The translations under genes were made by a program, and so were the position numbers. A stretch of 60,027 nucleotides of DNA, counting the filler. It is 4 parts of 4 records of this genome, joined end to end, with 100 filler letters (N's around TTAATTAATTAA, not from the genome) between each part and the next. Parts side by side here need not be neighbours in the genome. Positions count along the whole stretch, not along the records: positions 1 to 19,343 come from SRR31156797_6619; positions 19,444 to 42,798 come from SRR31156797_6626; 2 more parts are not named here. One strand, given 5' to 3'. How positions within the stretch are numbered: the first letter of the stretch is position 1; the number at the start of each line of letters is the position of its first letter. The notes below the pieces were generated by a model. That model searched no databases, was not told where the DNA came from, and saw only the letters and a list, made by a program, of their open reading frames with translations. Below, piece by piece: positions 17,903 through 28,100 of the stretch.

Positions 17903-18487
17903 ATGCCAAGAACACCTGAACAATATAAAGAGATCAGAGGAGAGCGCCGAAAGCTAATTATGGATAATGCCCTTGAATTATTTGCAGCAACCGGCTATCA
18001 CGGAACCTCCATTAACGAAATTGCCAAAAAAGCAGGCATCTCCAAAGGGTTACTCTACAACTATTTCAGCGGAAAAGAGCAACTTGTGGTGGAGATCATG
18101 AAAAACGGCTTCATGGAATTCATGGAACTTTTTGACCCCAATCATGACGGTGTAATCTCCAAAGCTGAAATGCGCAATGTGCTTACCGAGACTTTCAAAA
18201 TAGTAAAAGAAAAAGTGCATTTCTGGCAGCTTTACTTTGCTGTAATTACCCAACCCATTGTTAACAAGGTTGCTTTTGGGGAAATTATGGAAATTGCCAT
18301 GCCGGTTTTCGAAATGCTCACCAAATATTTTGAATCGGAAGGATACAAAAACCCGCTTGCTGAATCCCGGATTTTTGCCGCCATGATGGATGGGCTTACC
18401 CTCAACTATGTTTACGACACCGAAAATTTCCCGGTTGATGATGTGATTCAGCGGGTAATGGATATGTATAACCTCAACGAAAGTTAA
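17903..18487 (+). CDS. TetR/AcrR family regulator with an EF-hand-like loop
   Basis: ALELFAATGYHGTSINEIAKKAGISKGLLYNYF HTH; DPNHDGVISKAE at residues 78-89. Confidence 0.93.
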   Translation: MPRTPEQYKEIRGERRKLIMDNALELFAATGYHGTSINEIAKKAGISKGLLYNYFSGKEQLVVEIMKNGFMEFMELFDPNHDGVISKAEMRNVLTETFKIVKEKVHFWQLYFAVITQPIVNKVAFGEIMEIAMPVFEMLTKYFESEGYKNPLAESRIFAAMMDGLTLNYVYDTENFPVDDVIQRVMDMYNLNES

Positions 18488-18509
18488 CCACCAAAAACAA
18501 ATTTGAATA

Positions 18510-19253
18510 ATGAAAAAGATTGCAATAACATTTTTCGTATTTCTCTTTGCCCTGGCATCAACAGCTCAGGATGCAACGGACATCGTTAAAAAAGCCAATG
18601 ATCTTTCACTGGGTGTAACCAGCCAGGGAACCATGACCATGACCATTGAACGGCCAAAATGGACCCGCACCGTTACCATGAAATCCTGGTCGAAAGGCAC
18701 GGATTACTACCTGATCCTGATCACCGCCCCGGCCCGCGACAAAGGGCAGGTTTTCCTGAAACGCGACAAGGACATGTGGAACTGGATGCCCGCCATCAGC
18801 CGGATGATCAAACTACCACCATCAATGATGAGCCAGTCGTGGATGGGTTCCGACTTCACCAACGACGACCTCGTAAAGATGAATTCAATTGTAGAGGACT
18901 ATACCCATACACTTTTGGGTGAAGAGGAAATAAATGGCATGGACTGCTATAAAATTGAGCTGATGCCAAAAGAAAATGCCGCCGTGGTTTGGGGTAAGGT
19001 CATCATGTGGATCGAAAAGAATGAATATTTCCAGATGAAAGCTGAGTACTACGACGAGGACATGGACCTGGTGAACACCATGATTGCCAATGACATCACA
19101 CAGTTCAACGACCGGAAACTTCCTGCCCACATGGAGATGATCCCTGCTGACAAAGAGGGCCATAAAACTATTCTTGATATGAAAGACATGATCTTTAACA
19201 AGAATATTCCTGATAACTTTTTCTCTCAACAAAATATGAAAAGGGTGAAATAG
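18510..19253 (+). CDS. LolA-like outer-membrane lipoprotein-sorting protein
   Basis: signal peptide; PARDKG..FLK, SMMSQSWMGSDFTNDDL, NFFSQQNMK motifs. Confidence 0.85.
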   Translation: MKKIAITFFVFLFALASTAQDATDIVKKANDLSLGVTSQGTMTMTIERPKWTRTVTMKSWSKGTDYYLILITAPARDKGQVFLKRDKDMWNWMPAISRMIKLPPSMMSQSWMGSDFTNDDLVKMNSIVEDYTHTLLGEEEINGMDCYKIELMPKENAAVVWGKVIMWIEKNEYFQMKAEYYDEDMDLVNTMIANDITQFNDRKLPAHMEMIPADKEGHKTILDMKDMIFNKNIPDNFFSQQNMKRVK

Positions 19254-19313
19254 TGGAAAGTTTTGAGTGATGACTTGTGAGCTCGTCTCGCCGCATGGGG
19301 GATCAGAGTTAAA

Positions 19314-19343
19314 AATGACGAATTAGGAATGACGAATTAGGAA
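19314..19343. repeat. short tandem repeat at contig end
   Basis: (AATGACGAATTAGG)x2 + AA running into the N-gap. Confidence 0.7.
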
Positions 19344-19443
19344 NNNNNNNNNNNNNNNNNNNNNNNNNNNNNNNNNNNNNNNNNNNNTTAATTAATTAAN
19401 NNNNNNNNNNNNNNNNNNNNNNNNNNNNNNNNNNNNNNNNNNN
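19344..19443. other. artificial contig linker
   Basis: N-run, TTAATTAATTAA (stops in all frames), N-run; 100 nt. Confidence 0.97.
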
Positions 19444-19553
19444 TGTTCTACCAACGTGTTAACCATGATATCTATTAAGATTCACTTTATCGAGAGGATT
19501 ACGTAGGGACCAGTGAGAACGCGGGGTGCAATTTCCCCACGTTGCTCAAGCTG

Positions 19554-20045
19554 TTACCGGCAGCGGAGAAAAGCGACCTGCATCATGAGCGGGTCCTCAA
19601 AGAAAACGGTTTTATTGCCCCATTCGGAGAGACCGATATTAACCCACTCTCCCTGATCTTCCCATTCATCGTACCCAAATTTCCATCCAGACCATTTTTC
19701 AGCACAGAGGTATTCCTGCTCAGGGCCATAATAAATAAATTGGGTTTCTTCATCATCTTCCATCTTGCGAGTCTGACCAATGAGGACAAGGTCTGCTCCT
19801 TTGCTCCCTGCTTCCGTGAAAACAAGGTTTTGGATATCTTTGCCACTCTGGTTTGTAGGAAGTATTGCCAAAGTTTCAGCAAAAACTCTGCATGGACGAG
19901 GCACCTGTGTGTATTGGAAGGCTGTGGCTATTTTGTCGGTCGGTGAATAGACTTTGCCTGAAAAGGCAGTTTCATCTTTTCCGCCGCAGCCGGAAAGGAG
20001 GAGGACTATGGCTGGCAGGAGAAGGGTAGAGATAAACCTTAGCAT
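19554..20045 (-). CDS. hypothetical lipoprotein
   Basis: lipobox LSGC; GGAG RBS upstream; AGSKGADLVLIG motif. Confidence 0.75.
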   Translation of the reverse strand: MLRFISTLLLPAIVLLLSGCGGKDETAFSGKVYSPTDKIATAFQYTQVPRPCRVFAETLAILPTNQSGKDIQNLVFTEAGSKGADLVLIGQTRKMEDDEETQFIYYGPEQEYLCAEKWSGWKFGYDEWEDQGEWVNIGLSEWGNKTVFFEDPLMMQVAFLRCR

Positions 20046-20335
20046 TGTTACACTCCATGGGTGTTGATTTTTAGTGACTATTCAGCAGCATCCCCCTGCG
20101 TACGACCAGGCAGAATCATATAGCACGAATATGAGTGGTTATCCAGCCAGCTTATGCGCATCTGGAACAGTACTGAATAGTTATATTTTTTACTGCATTT
20201 TCATACGTAAAGGGATAGGGTCTCAATTCTTATCAAAAAGAGACCAGAAATATGGACAATACATTAAACCTGAATCTTCCGTAATGCTAGCTTGAACTGA
20301 CGCTAACTTATTAAAAAATCAGGAAAGAGTAGATA

Positions 20336-21250
20336 ATGGTTACATCAAGGGAAAAGAGCAGCCCATACACAGACCTGCTGTTGCTCCTGGTTGCCCTGAT
20401 TTGGGGTTTTGGCTTTGTTGCCCAACGGGTGGGGATGGACCATGTCGGTCCTTATACCTTTAATGGTTTGCGATTTATTCTTGGTGCTTGCTGTCTATTG
20501 CCCCTTGTAATGCGGAGAAGCAGGCAGCCTGTGCTGATCGAGCAGCAAATGAGTGCCTGGAAAGCTGGGCTTATTGCCGGTGTCTTTTTGTTCGCCGGAG
20601 CCACCTTACAGCAAGTTGGTCTCCAGTACACCACCGCAGGAAAGGCTGGGTTTATTACTGGTTTGTATGTAGTTTTTGTACCGATTATTGGCCTGTTGTT
20701 CGGTCAGCGGACCAATGCCGGAACCTGGATTGGTGCCTTATTGGCTGTGGTCGGGCTGTACTTGCTCAGTATTCAGGGAGCCATGCATATTTCGTTTGGC
20801 GATCTTCTAGAGACCATTGGTGCTGTTTTCTGGGCTTGTCATGTGCTGGTGCTGGGGTATCTTTCTCCTCGGACATCGCCTGTGAAATTAGCAATGGTAC
20901 AGTTTTTTGTCTGTGGTTTTCTTAGTCTGTGCGTGGCTTTCGCTCTAGAAACTATATCGATTGCAGCCATTGTACAGGCAGGGGTTCCAATCTTTTACGG
21001 CGGGGTTATCTCGGTGGGTGCAGGGTATACACTGCAGGTAGTTGTACAGCGCAAAGCCCATCCCGCAAATGCAGCTATTATCTTGAGCCTTGAATCACCT
21101 TTTGCCGCTTTGGGAGGATGGTTACTGCTCAACGAATACCTCTCAGGAAGAGGAGTAACGGGCTGTGCATTGATGCTGGGGGGGATGCTAGTTTCCCAGT
21201 TGTGGTTGGTGTTTAGGCAGGGAAAAAAGACTTTCGTCTCTCCGGGATGA
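20336..21250 (+). CDS. DMT/EamA family transporter
   Basis: IWGFGFVAQ, LQQVGLQYTTAGKAGFITGLYVV, ILSLESPFAAL. Confidence 0.92.
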   Translation: MVTSREKSSPYTDLLLLLVALIWGFGFVAQRVGMDHVGPYTFNGLRFILGACCLLPLVMRRSRQPVLIEQQMSAWKAGLIAGVFLFAGATLQQVGLQYTTAGKAGFITGLYVVFVPIIGLLFGQRTNAGTWIGALLAVVGLYLLSIQGAMHISFGDLLETIGAVFWACHVLVLGYLSPRTSPVKLAMVQFFVCGFLSLCVAFALETISIAAIVQAGVPIFYGGVISVGAGYTLQVVVQRKAHPANAAIILSLESPFAALGGWLLLNEYLSGRGVTGCALMLGGMLVSQLWLVFRQGKKTFVSPG

Positions 21251-21267
21251 TAACGGACTGATTTGAA

Positions 21268-22140
21268 ATGAAAACTGTTGGTATCGTCGCAGCCGTACTT
21301 TCCGCCCTTTTCATGGGCACTATTGGTATATTCTCCAAATTAACGGGTCTTTCTCCCGAAACCGTAACTTTTTGCAGGCTTTTTTTCGGTGCAGGTTTCA
21401 TGGGACTTTTTTTAGTCTGTATCGGCCGTGTAAAATGTCTGCATCAGTGGCCCTCCTGGCCTGTGTTAATCAATGGTGGGATGTTGGCCGGGTTCATTAT
21501 TTTTTATGTTCAGGCTATGAACCTTACCACCATGGCCAATGCGATTATGCTGGTCTATCTCGCTCCGGTTGCAGCTTCTCTTTTTGCCCATCTTTTTCTG
21601 GGTGAACGGCTGAGTTGGAGTGGTCTGCTTCTTATCTGCAGTGCTCTTTTTGGTTTTGCAATGATGATGGAGTTCACCATTGATATTCAAGGTGGCAGCG
21701 ATCATTTGCTCGGCATCGGGTGCGGGTTGCTTTCCATGTTTGCCTATGCTGCATTTATTTTACTCAATAGAATTATTAGAACCGATATCCACGTCTATAC
21801 ACGTACCTTTTATCAGTTGCTGGCGGGGGCTGCCGTTATGCTGCCATTATTGGTATGGGAGCCGCCGACCATTAGTCCCGTCAATTGGCTATGGATGCTT
21901 GGGACTGGTTTTTTGCCCGGTTTTCTAGCCATTTTCTGTGCGGTTATGGCATTGAGTCGTTTGTCAGCTGCGGTTTTTGGTACCCTTGCCTATGTTGAGC
22001 CTGTAGCAGTGGTGATTTTTGGCTGGGTATTGTTTCACGAAACACTTACTCCTCTACAGATGAGCGGTTGTGCTGTCATCATCTTCAGTGGCATCATGCA
22101 GGCTTATCTTGGTAGTAGACAAAAGAAAAGCAAGGTATGA
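21268..22140 (+). CDS. DMT/EamA family transporter
   Basis: two EamA repeats; ANA..LVYLAP, LAYVEPVAVVIFGW..FHE. Confidence 0.9.
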   Translation: MKTVGIVAAVLSALFMGTIGIFSKLTGLSPETVTFCRLFFGAGFMGLFLVCIGRVKCLHQWPSWPVLINGGMLAGFIIFYVQAMNLTTMANAIMLVYLAPVAASLFAHLFLGERLSWSGLLLICSALFGFAMMMEFTIDIQGGSDHLLGIGCGLLSMFAYAAFILLNRIIRTDIHVYTRTFYQLLAGAAVMLPLLVWEPPTISPVNWLWMLGTGFLPGFLAIFCAVMALSRLSAAVFGTLAYVEPVAVVIFGWVLFHETLTPLQMSGCAVIIFSGIMQAYLGSRQKKSKV

Positions 22141-22201
22141 TGGGAGGAGATTAAAAGACACCTGAGGTGTCGTGTTCATTTTTTTAGCAAAATGAGGTCG
22201 T

Positions 22202-23239
22202 ATGCTCATTAATTTGGCAGCTTTCGTTGTTATCGTAGCTGGCATTATGTCAGCAAAATCGCTCTTGGTGCCCTTCCTGCTGGCAATTTTTCTCGCCATC
22301 ATCTGCAGCCCCCCACTCTTCTGGTTACGACAAAAAAAAGTGCCTGTCGCCCTGTCTGTATTCGTGGTTGTTGCCGTGGTCATTGTTTTCCAGCTTGGAC
22401 TGACCACTTTGATTGGTACATCGCTGGCAGATTTTTCCAAAGCTCTTCCTAATTATCAGGATCGCCTGCAGGGCATTGTTCGCGAGAGTATTGTTTGGGT
22501 GGAGGGGTTTGGCATCAATATCACCGATGACATGATCATGGAGCAGTTTAACCCTGGGAAACTCATGGCTATTGTCGGCGGGATGTTAAACAATCTGCTT
22601 GGAATGATGAAAAACACCTTTATGATTTTGCTGACCTTCATGTTTATCATGCTGGAAGCAGCAGGTATCCCCGCAAAGGTTCAAGCTATTGCTGGTGGTG
22701 GAAAAGGTGCCCTTGAAAAATATGGAGCCATTAGCAAAGGCGTTAACCGATATCTCTTTCTGAAATCTTTGACAAGCCTTGGCACAGGAATTTTAGCTGC
22801 AGTCAGCCTGCAAATCATTGGGGTCGATTTTGCTATCATGTGGGGCTTGGTTGCAGTACTGCTCAATTTCGTGCCGACTATTGGGTCCATTATTGCGGCG
22901 GTGCCTCCTGTTCTGCTCGCGTTGGTACAGCTAGGTGTCGGGCCGTCTCTGGCAACAGCTTCAGTGTACCTGGCCATAAATGTGGGAATCGGGAACCTGC
23001 TTGAACCTCGTATTATGGGTGCAGGGGTTGGGTTATCTACCTTGGTCATTTTTATCTCCATGGCATTTTGGGGTTGGGTACTTGGGCCCATTGGAATGCT
23101 GCTGTCAGTACCGCTGACCATGGCTTTGAAAATTACCCTGGCTGCTAATGAAAACACCAGAGGGATGGCCTTGCTGTTGGGGTCCAATAGTGAGGCCGCA
23201 GAGGTGCTTGCCGCTTTACCTTCTGATGAGAATGCATAG
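22202..23239 (+). CDS. AI-2E family transporter
   Basis: LVPFLLAIFLAII, LLNFVPTIGSIIA, EPRIMG, WGWVLGPIGMLLSVPLT. Confidence 0.92.
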   Translation: MLINLAAFVVIVAGIMSAKSLLVPFLLAIFLAIICSPPLFWLRQKKVPVALSVFVVVAVVIVFQLGLTTLIGTSLADFSKALPNYQDRLQGIVRESIVWVEGFGINITDDMIMEQFNPGKLMAIVGGMLNNLLGMMKNTFMILLTFMFIMLEAAGIPAKVQAIAGGGKGALEKYGAISKGVNRYLFLKSLTSLGTGILAAVSLQIIGVDFAIMWGLVAVLLNFVPTIGSIIAAVPPVLLALVQLGVGPSLATASVYLAINVGIGNLLEPRIMGAGVGLSTLVIFISMAFWGWVLGPIGMLLSVPLTMALKITLAANENTRGMALLLGSNSEAAEVLAALPSDENA

Positions 23240-23289
23240 ATTAAATTATATGGCAGGTTACCACATCAATCCAATCATGAGATCGTCCC

Positions 23290-23607
23290 ATGAAAAAACT
23301 CGACCTGGATACCACCCGTGAATTTAGCCCTATGGGTATGAAAAGCATTGTACTCCATGATTCGGAACACTTTAAAATTCTCAATTTTAACCTCATTGCT
23401 GGTGCACTTTTTCCAATTCATTCCCATGATCTTGAGGGACAGCTCAGTATCCTGGTCATTGAAGGAGAGGGCGAATTTCTGGCAGATGGAGATGTCACCA
23501 TGCCAGCCAGAACTGGGAATATGTTGATTTCCGATATCAGTGAACCCCACGGGGTGAAGGCTATCACTGACATGCGTATTGTTGTTACCATTGCCCCTCC
23601 TATATAG
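23290..23607 (+). CDS. cupin domain protein
   Basis: PIHSH..EG..VIEGEG and EPHGV cupin motifs. Confidence 0.85.
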   Translation: MKKLDLDTTREFSPMGMKSIVLHDSEHFKILNFNLIAGALFPIHSHDLEGQLSILVIEGEGEFLADGDVTMPARTGNMLISDISEPHGVKAITDMRIVVTIAPPI

Positions 23608-23825
23608 CCGGAGCAGTTCTGTTCGTTTGGGTTTTTGGTACAGCCTTAGCATACCCGTGCTACACGAAAATATTTGCTCCTTTGCTCCATCCATGTATAG
23701 TGTTGCGCTTGAAAGTCGTAGACTCTCCTCTCTCTTTTTTGAGGACTGTTTGTTACAACCGCTGCCCTATATTGAAGGATAATATTTTTCCCTTCAAGTC
23801 AGGGAATATTGCAAAAGGAGCATAT

Positions 23826-24203
23826 ATGCAGAGAACATTAACCTTTTTTATTTACACTTTCCTCGCTGTTTTTATAGTCTGGTCAAGCATGTTACCGGCA
23901 GCTCAGGCGAAGATTATCGGTACGGAAAGCTATCTTGCAGGGCAGTCGTATAGTGCTGAGCGTGAACAGGTTCAGGCATTTGTTAACCGGGAGAGCGTTC
24001 GTTTACAGTTAATTGACCTGGGGGTAGAACCTGCAGATGTGGAAGCAAGGATTGCTCATATGACTCCCAAAGAGTTGCTGCAGGTACAGCAACATATTGC
24101 CGATCTTCCTGCTGGTGGTGTGCTAGAGATTATTGGTGCTGTCTTCCTGGTCTTGCTTATCCTGGAACTGGTGGGAGTTACCAATATTTTTAACAAAATC
24201 TAG
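23826..24203 (+). CDS. PA2779-family small exported/membrane protein
   Basis: AGGAG RBS before the MQRT start; LGVEPADVEARIAHMT..LPAGG..LLILELVG; paired with a PA2778-like gene. Confidence 0.8.
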   Translation: MQRTLTFFIYTFLAVFIVWSSMLPAAQAKIIGTESYLAGQSYSAEREQVQAFVNRESVRLQLIDLGVEPADVEARIAHMTPKELLQVQQHIADLPAGGVLEIIGAVFLVLLILELVGVTNIFNKI

Positions 24204-25181
24204 ATGGCTCGTTTTGGGGGCTTATTACAATGGGCTTCTCTCTGTATCCTTTTAGTATCGGGATGTGGGGTTCAGTCTTCTGGTATCAGTCCCCCTTTAT
24301 TCAATAAGCCTGTAGAGCTTGTTGATACCCCTTTCTTTCCTCAAAAAAAATACCAATGCGGTCCTGCGGCGTTGGCAACAGTTCTCCATTCTGCTGGTAT
24401 AAACGTCTTGCCCGATACGCTTGTATCACAAGTGTACTTGCCCGGTCGCAAGGGAAGCCTGCAGGCGGAGATCATGGCTGCGTCTAGAAGTTATGACCGC
24501 CTGCCCTATCCAATAGAGGGTACTCTCGCTGCGCTCACTGCAGAGCTTGAATCTGGGCGGCCGGTTCTTGTCCTGCAGGATTATGGGATTGCTGGTCTGA
24601 GCATGTATCACTATGCAGTGGTGGTTGGAGGTACAGAGCACACTCTTATCCTTCGCTCAGCTCGGGAAAAACGGTTGATAATGGGAAGAGAGGAGTTTTT
24701 ACGGACGTGGGAAAGGGCAGGGTACTGGGGCATGACGATTTTGCAGCCAGGTGAATTTCCGGCGAACTTAGATAGGAATAAATATCTGGCAGCAGCTGCC
24801 GGTTTAGAGAGTGCTGGAAAATGGGATTCTGCAGCCCTTTGTTACCGGGCTTTGCTTTGCATGTGGCCTGAATATGGGGATGCCCTTTTTGGTCTGGCAA
24901 CGGCCTGGTTGGTCTTGCATCGTTACCAGGAGGCGATTGAGCTGTATCGGCAGCTTTTAATCCTTGATTATGATAACCCTGCAGCAATCAACAACCTGGC
25001 TGAGGCACTTGCTGCCGCAGGTTGTGTTAACCAAGGTTTTCAGGAACTGGACCTGTATTTGACGCATGCCGATCTTTCCCAGCGCCCGGTTTGGGAAAAG
25101 GCGCTGTTCACGACCCGTGAGGAACTGCAGCAGCGTCTTTCTGGATTGGCAGGGCAGGCACCACAATCAGCCTGCCCATAG
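24204..25181 (+). CDS. PA2778-family cysteine peptidase (C39-like) lipoprotein with TPR region
   Basis: PFFPQKKYQCGPAALA, GRPVLVLQ, HYAVVVG; C-terminal NNLA TPR. Confidence 0.85.
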   Translation: MARFGGLLQWASLCILLVSGCGVQSSGISPPLFNKPVELVDTPFFPQKKYQCGPAALATVLHSAGINVLPDTLVSQVYLPGRKGSLQAEIMAASRSYDRLPYPIEGTLAALTAELESGRPVLVLQDYGIAGLSMYHYAVVVGGTEHTLILRSAREKRLIMGREEFLRTWERAGYWGMTILQPGEFPANLDRNKYLAAAAGLESAGKWDSAALCYRALLCMWPEYGDALFGLATAWLVLHRYQEAIELYRQLLILDYDNPAAINNLAEALAAAGCVNQGFQELDLYLTHADLSQRPVWEKALFTTREELQQRLSGLAGQAPQSACP

Positions 25182-25189
25182 TCTGTTTT

Positions 25190-28100
25190 CTATTTTTCAG
25201 TATCTTCCATACACCAGGCATAGGCATTTTGGAACATCTGCAGCCAGGGAGAAACTTGTAGTTCGCTCATCTCTGCAGGCAGCCAGTGTGCTTGCCACGG
25301 TAAAAAGGCTCGTTCCGGATGGGGCATCATTGCCAGATGGCGACCATTCGGGGAACATAGGCCGCCAAAACCTCCAGGTGATCCATTGGGATTGAATGGA
25401 TAGGCTTCGGTGGTTTCACCCTCATCGTCGACATACACCAGCGGTACCAGGTTATCCTGATTAACTTTGCTGAGAACTTCCTGATCCGGAAAATGGAGTC
25501 GGCCTTCGCCGTGATCCACATGGATTCCAAAGACAAGTTTCTCCATCCCTTTGAGCATAATTGCGTTGCTAGGCATCACTTTGACTGTTGTCCAACGCGA
25601 TTCAAACCTGCCAGACGTATTATGGATAAAGCGTGGTTGGCTTTCAGGTGAAAGCCCCTGGAAAGGTACCCACCCCAGAAGTGCAAATAGCTGACAGCCA
25701 TTGCATATTCCCAGAGTAAAGGTATCTGGTCTATCATAAAATTGCTGAAACTGCTTCTTCATCCGCTCGTTAAAGAGAATGGTGGCTGCCCATCCTTTGG
25801 CACTTTCCGGCACATCGGCATAGGAAAAACCACCGACAGCAGCCAATCCGCGAAAATCATCAAGGGTAACCCGTCCCTCAAGAAGGTCATTCATGCAAAT
25901 ATCCCAGGGCTCGAAACCCGCGGCATGGAAGGCAGAAGTCATTTCCCGATCAGAGTTTGATCCTTCATCCCTGAGAATGGCAACCTTGGGCTTGTTGGTC
26001 TTAGAGAGAAGGGCATCTGGTGTGGGAACAGGCGAAAAGGGCAGGTAATAGGTCGGGCCCTTGCGGTCATAGCTGCTCTCTTTTTCCTGGTCAGCACAAT
26101 CGGGATTGACCTGCAGGCGTTCCAACTGATAACTGGTCTCTTCCCACCATTGCCGGAGCAGCTGCATTTCCTCTTCAAGAACCGGTATATTGTTGCAGGA
26201 TATGGTAACGGTTTTGTCTGCTAAGGTTTTACCCAGCACTGTTCCCGTTACATCTTTCTTGTTCAATAGTTCCATGAGTTGAGGCAAAGAGTCATCGTGG
26301 CATTCAACAACCACACCGAGTTCTTCGTTGAAAAGTTGTTCCAATGGCGAACTCTTACCTGGCAACTCCAATTGGAGCCCGCAATTTCCTGCAAAGGCCA
26401 TTTCCAGCACTGTGGTAATCAAACCACCGTCACTCCGGTCATGGCCGGAATGAATGAGGTCTTTCTCGATGCACTCTTGAATGGCAATAAACCCGTTCTT
26501 CACTAATGTCGGATTGTCCATATCTGGTACTTTATTACCAATGCTGCTAAGGACCTGTGCCAGCGAACTGCCGCCAAGACGTTGTCGGTCTCCAGAGAGA
26601 TCTATCAGGACCAACGTGCTTCCGGGGTGTTTGATATCTGGGGTAATGACCCTGCGGATATCGCTCATGGAGGCATAAGCAGAGATAACAAGCTCTCGTG
26701 GAGATTTAACAATCTCGTTATCCACCATGGTTGCCATGGAAAGGCTGTCTTTGCCGCCGTCAACCGCCATACCAACAGCTATCATGGCGTCTCGCATAGC
26801 CTTGACAGCATCATTCATGGCCGCACCTTCTCCTGGAAGCTTGGGCGCCCACATCCAGTTGGCCGAGCATTTAATCTGCTCTGGATCATCGATCTGTGCC
26901 CACACCAAGTTGGTTAATGATTCTCCAACAGCCATTCGTGCCCCGGCAGCCGGATCAACCAGCATCTTAATAGGCTGTTCGCCAAGGGCAGTGGCTATTC
27001 CGGTCAGGCCAAAGTGACTTTGCGCAACCACGGCGACATCACTGACTGGCAGCTGCAGAGGGCCACAGCACTGTTGTCTGGCAATGAGTCCGGTAACAGC
27101 ACGGTCGACCTTGTTGGTCAGAAAACGCTTGGAACCAACAGATACCAGCCTGAGCACTTTATGGAGGGCACTGCGAACAGTGAGTGATTCTGGAATATTG
27201 ATTGGCTGAAAAACCGATTTGTTGCGGTTGTCGATAAATTCTTTTTGCGGGATGTTGCCCAGGAGTTCATTGAGTTCAATATCTACCGGGGTTGTGTTGT
27301 TTTGTGAATCATGAAGAACAAAGCGGAGGTCACCTGTAACTTCTCCCAGGACTTCGCAGCCCACTTTTTCCCGGTTGCAGATGCGTATAAAATGGTCAAT
27401 ATTCTCTGGGCTGATCAAGAAACCGGTCCGCTCCTGGTACTCGGCCACATATATCTCAAGGACCGACATAGTTGGGTCACCGATATGGATTTTGCGGATA
27501 TCGACCTTGCCGCCTGAGTGTTCAACCAGCTCTTTGAGCACGTTTGCCGGGCCACCAGCTCCCTGATCGTGAATAACATCAATCAGGGTTTTGTCTCCCA
27601 TCTCGTTGCAGGCACGGATAACCCTGTTCATCTTCTGTTCCATTTCTGCGTCACCACGCTGGACAGCATCAAAATCAAGGTCAGAGGCGTTTTCTCCCTG
27701 GAGCATGCTTGAGGCAGCACCGCCACCAAAACCAACTCTGTAGGCTGGGCCACCGACCTGGACAATCAGCATGCCTGGTCTGGCTTCATCTTTTTCTGTT
27801 TGGCAATCATCGATCTGGCCGATACCGGCGGTGAACATGATCGGTTTCAGAAAACCCCAGCGCTCACCATCATCAAGCCGAAGGTCAAAGGAACGAGTGA
27901 ATCCCTGGATGAGAGGTTCTCCAAATTTATTGCCGTAGTCCGACGCCCCGTTACTGGCTTCTATTTCAATCTCCAGGGCTGGAGCAAGGTTGTCTGGACA
28001 AGGGTAGGACTGTTCCCATTCCAGTTCGTAGCCGGGAATATGAAGGTTGGCTACACAGTATCCGGCAGTCCCGGCCATGACAAAGCCACCTTTTCCTGTT

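Noticed and set aside
19314-19343. Start of a CRISPR array
   Set aside because: 14-bp direct tandem units with no spacers, and no cas genes in the window.
19388-19399. TTAATTAATTAA as a biological repeat
   Set aside because: Identical copies sit inside N-runs at all three gaps; it is a synthetic all-frame-stop linker.
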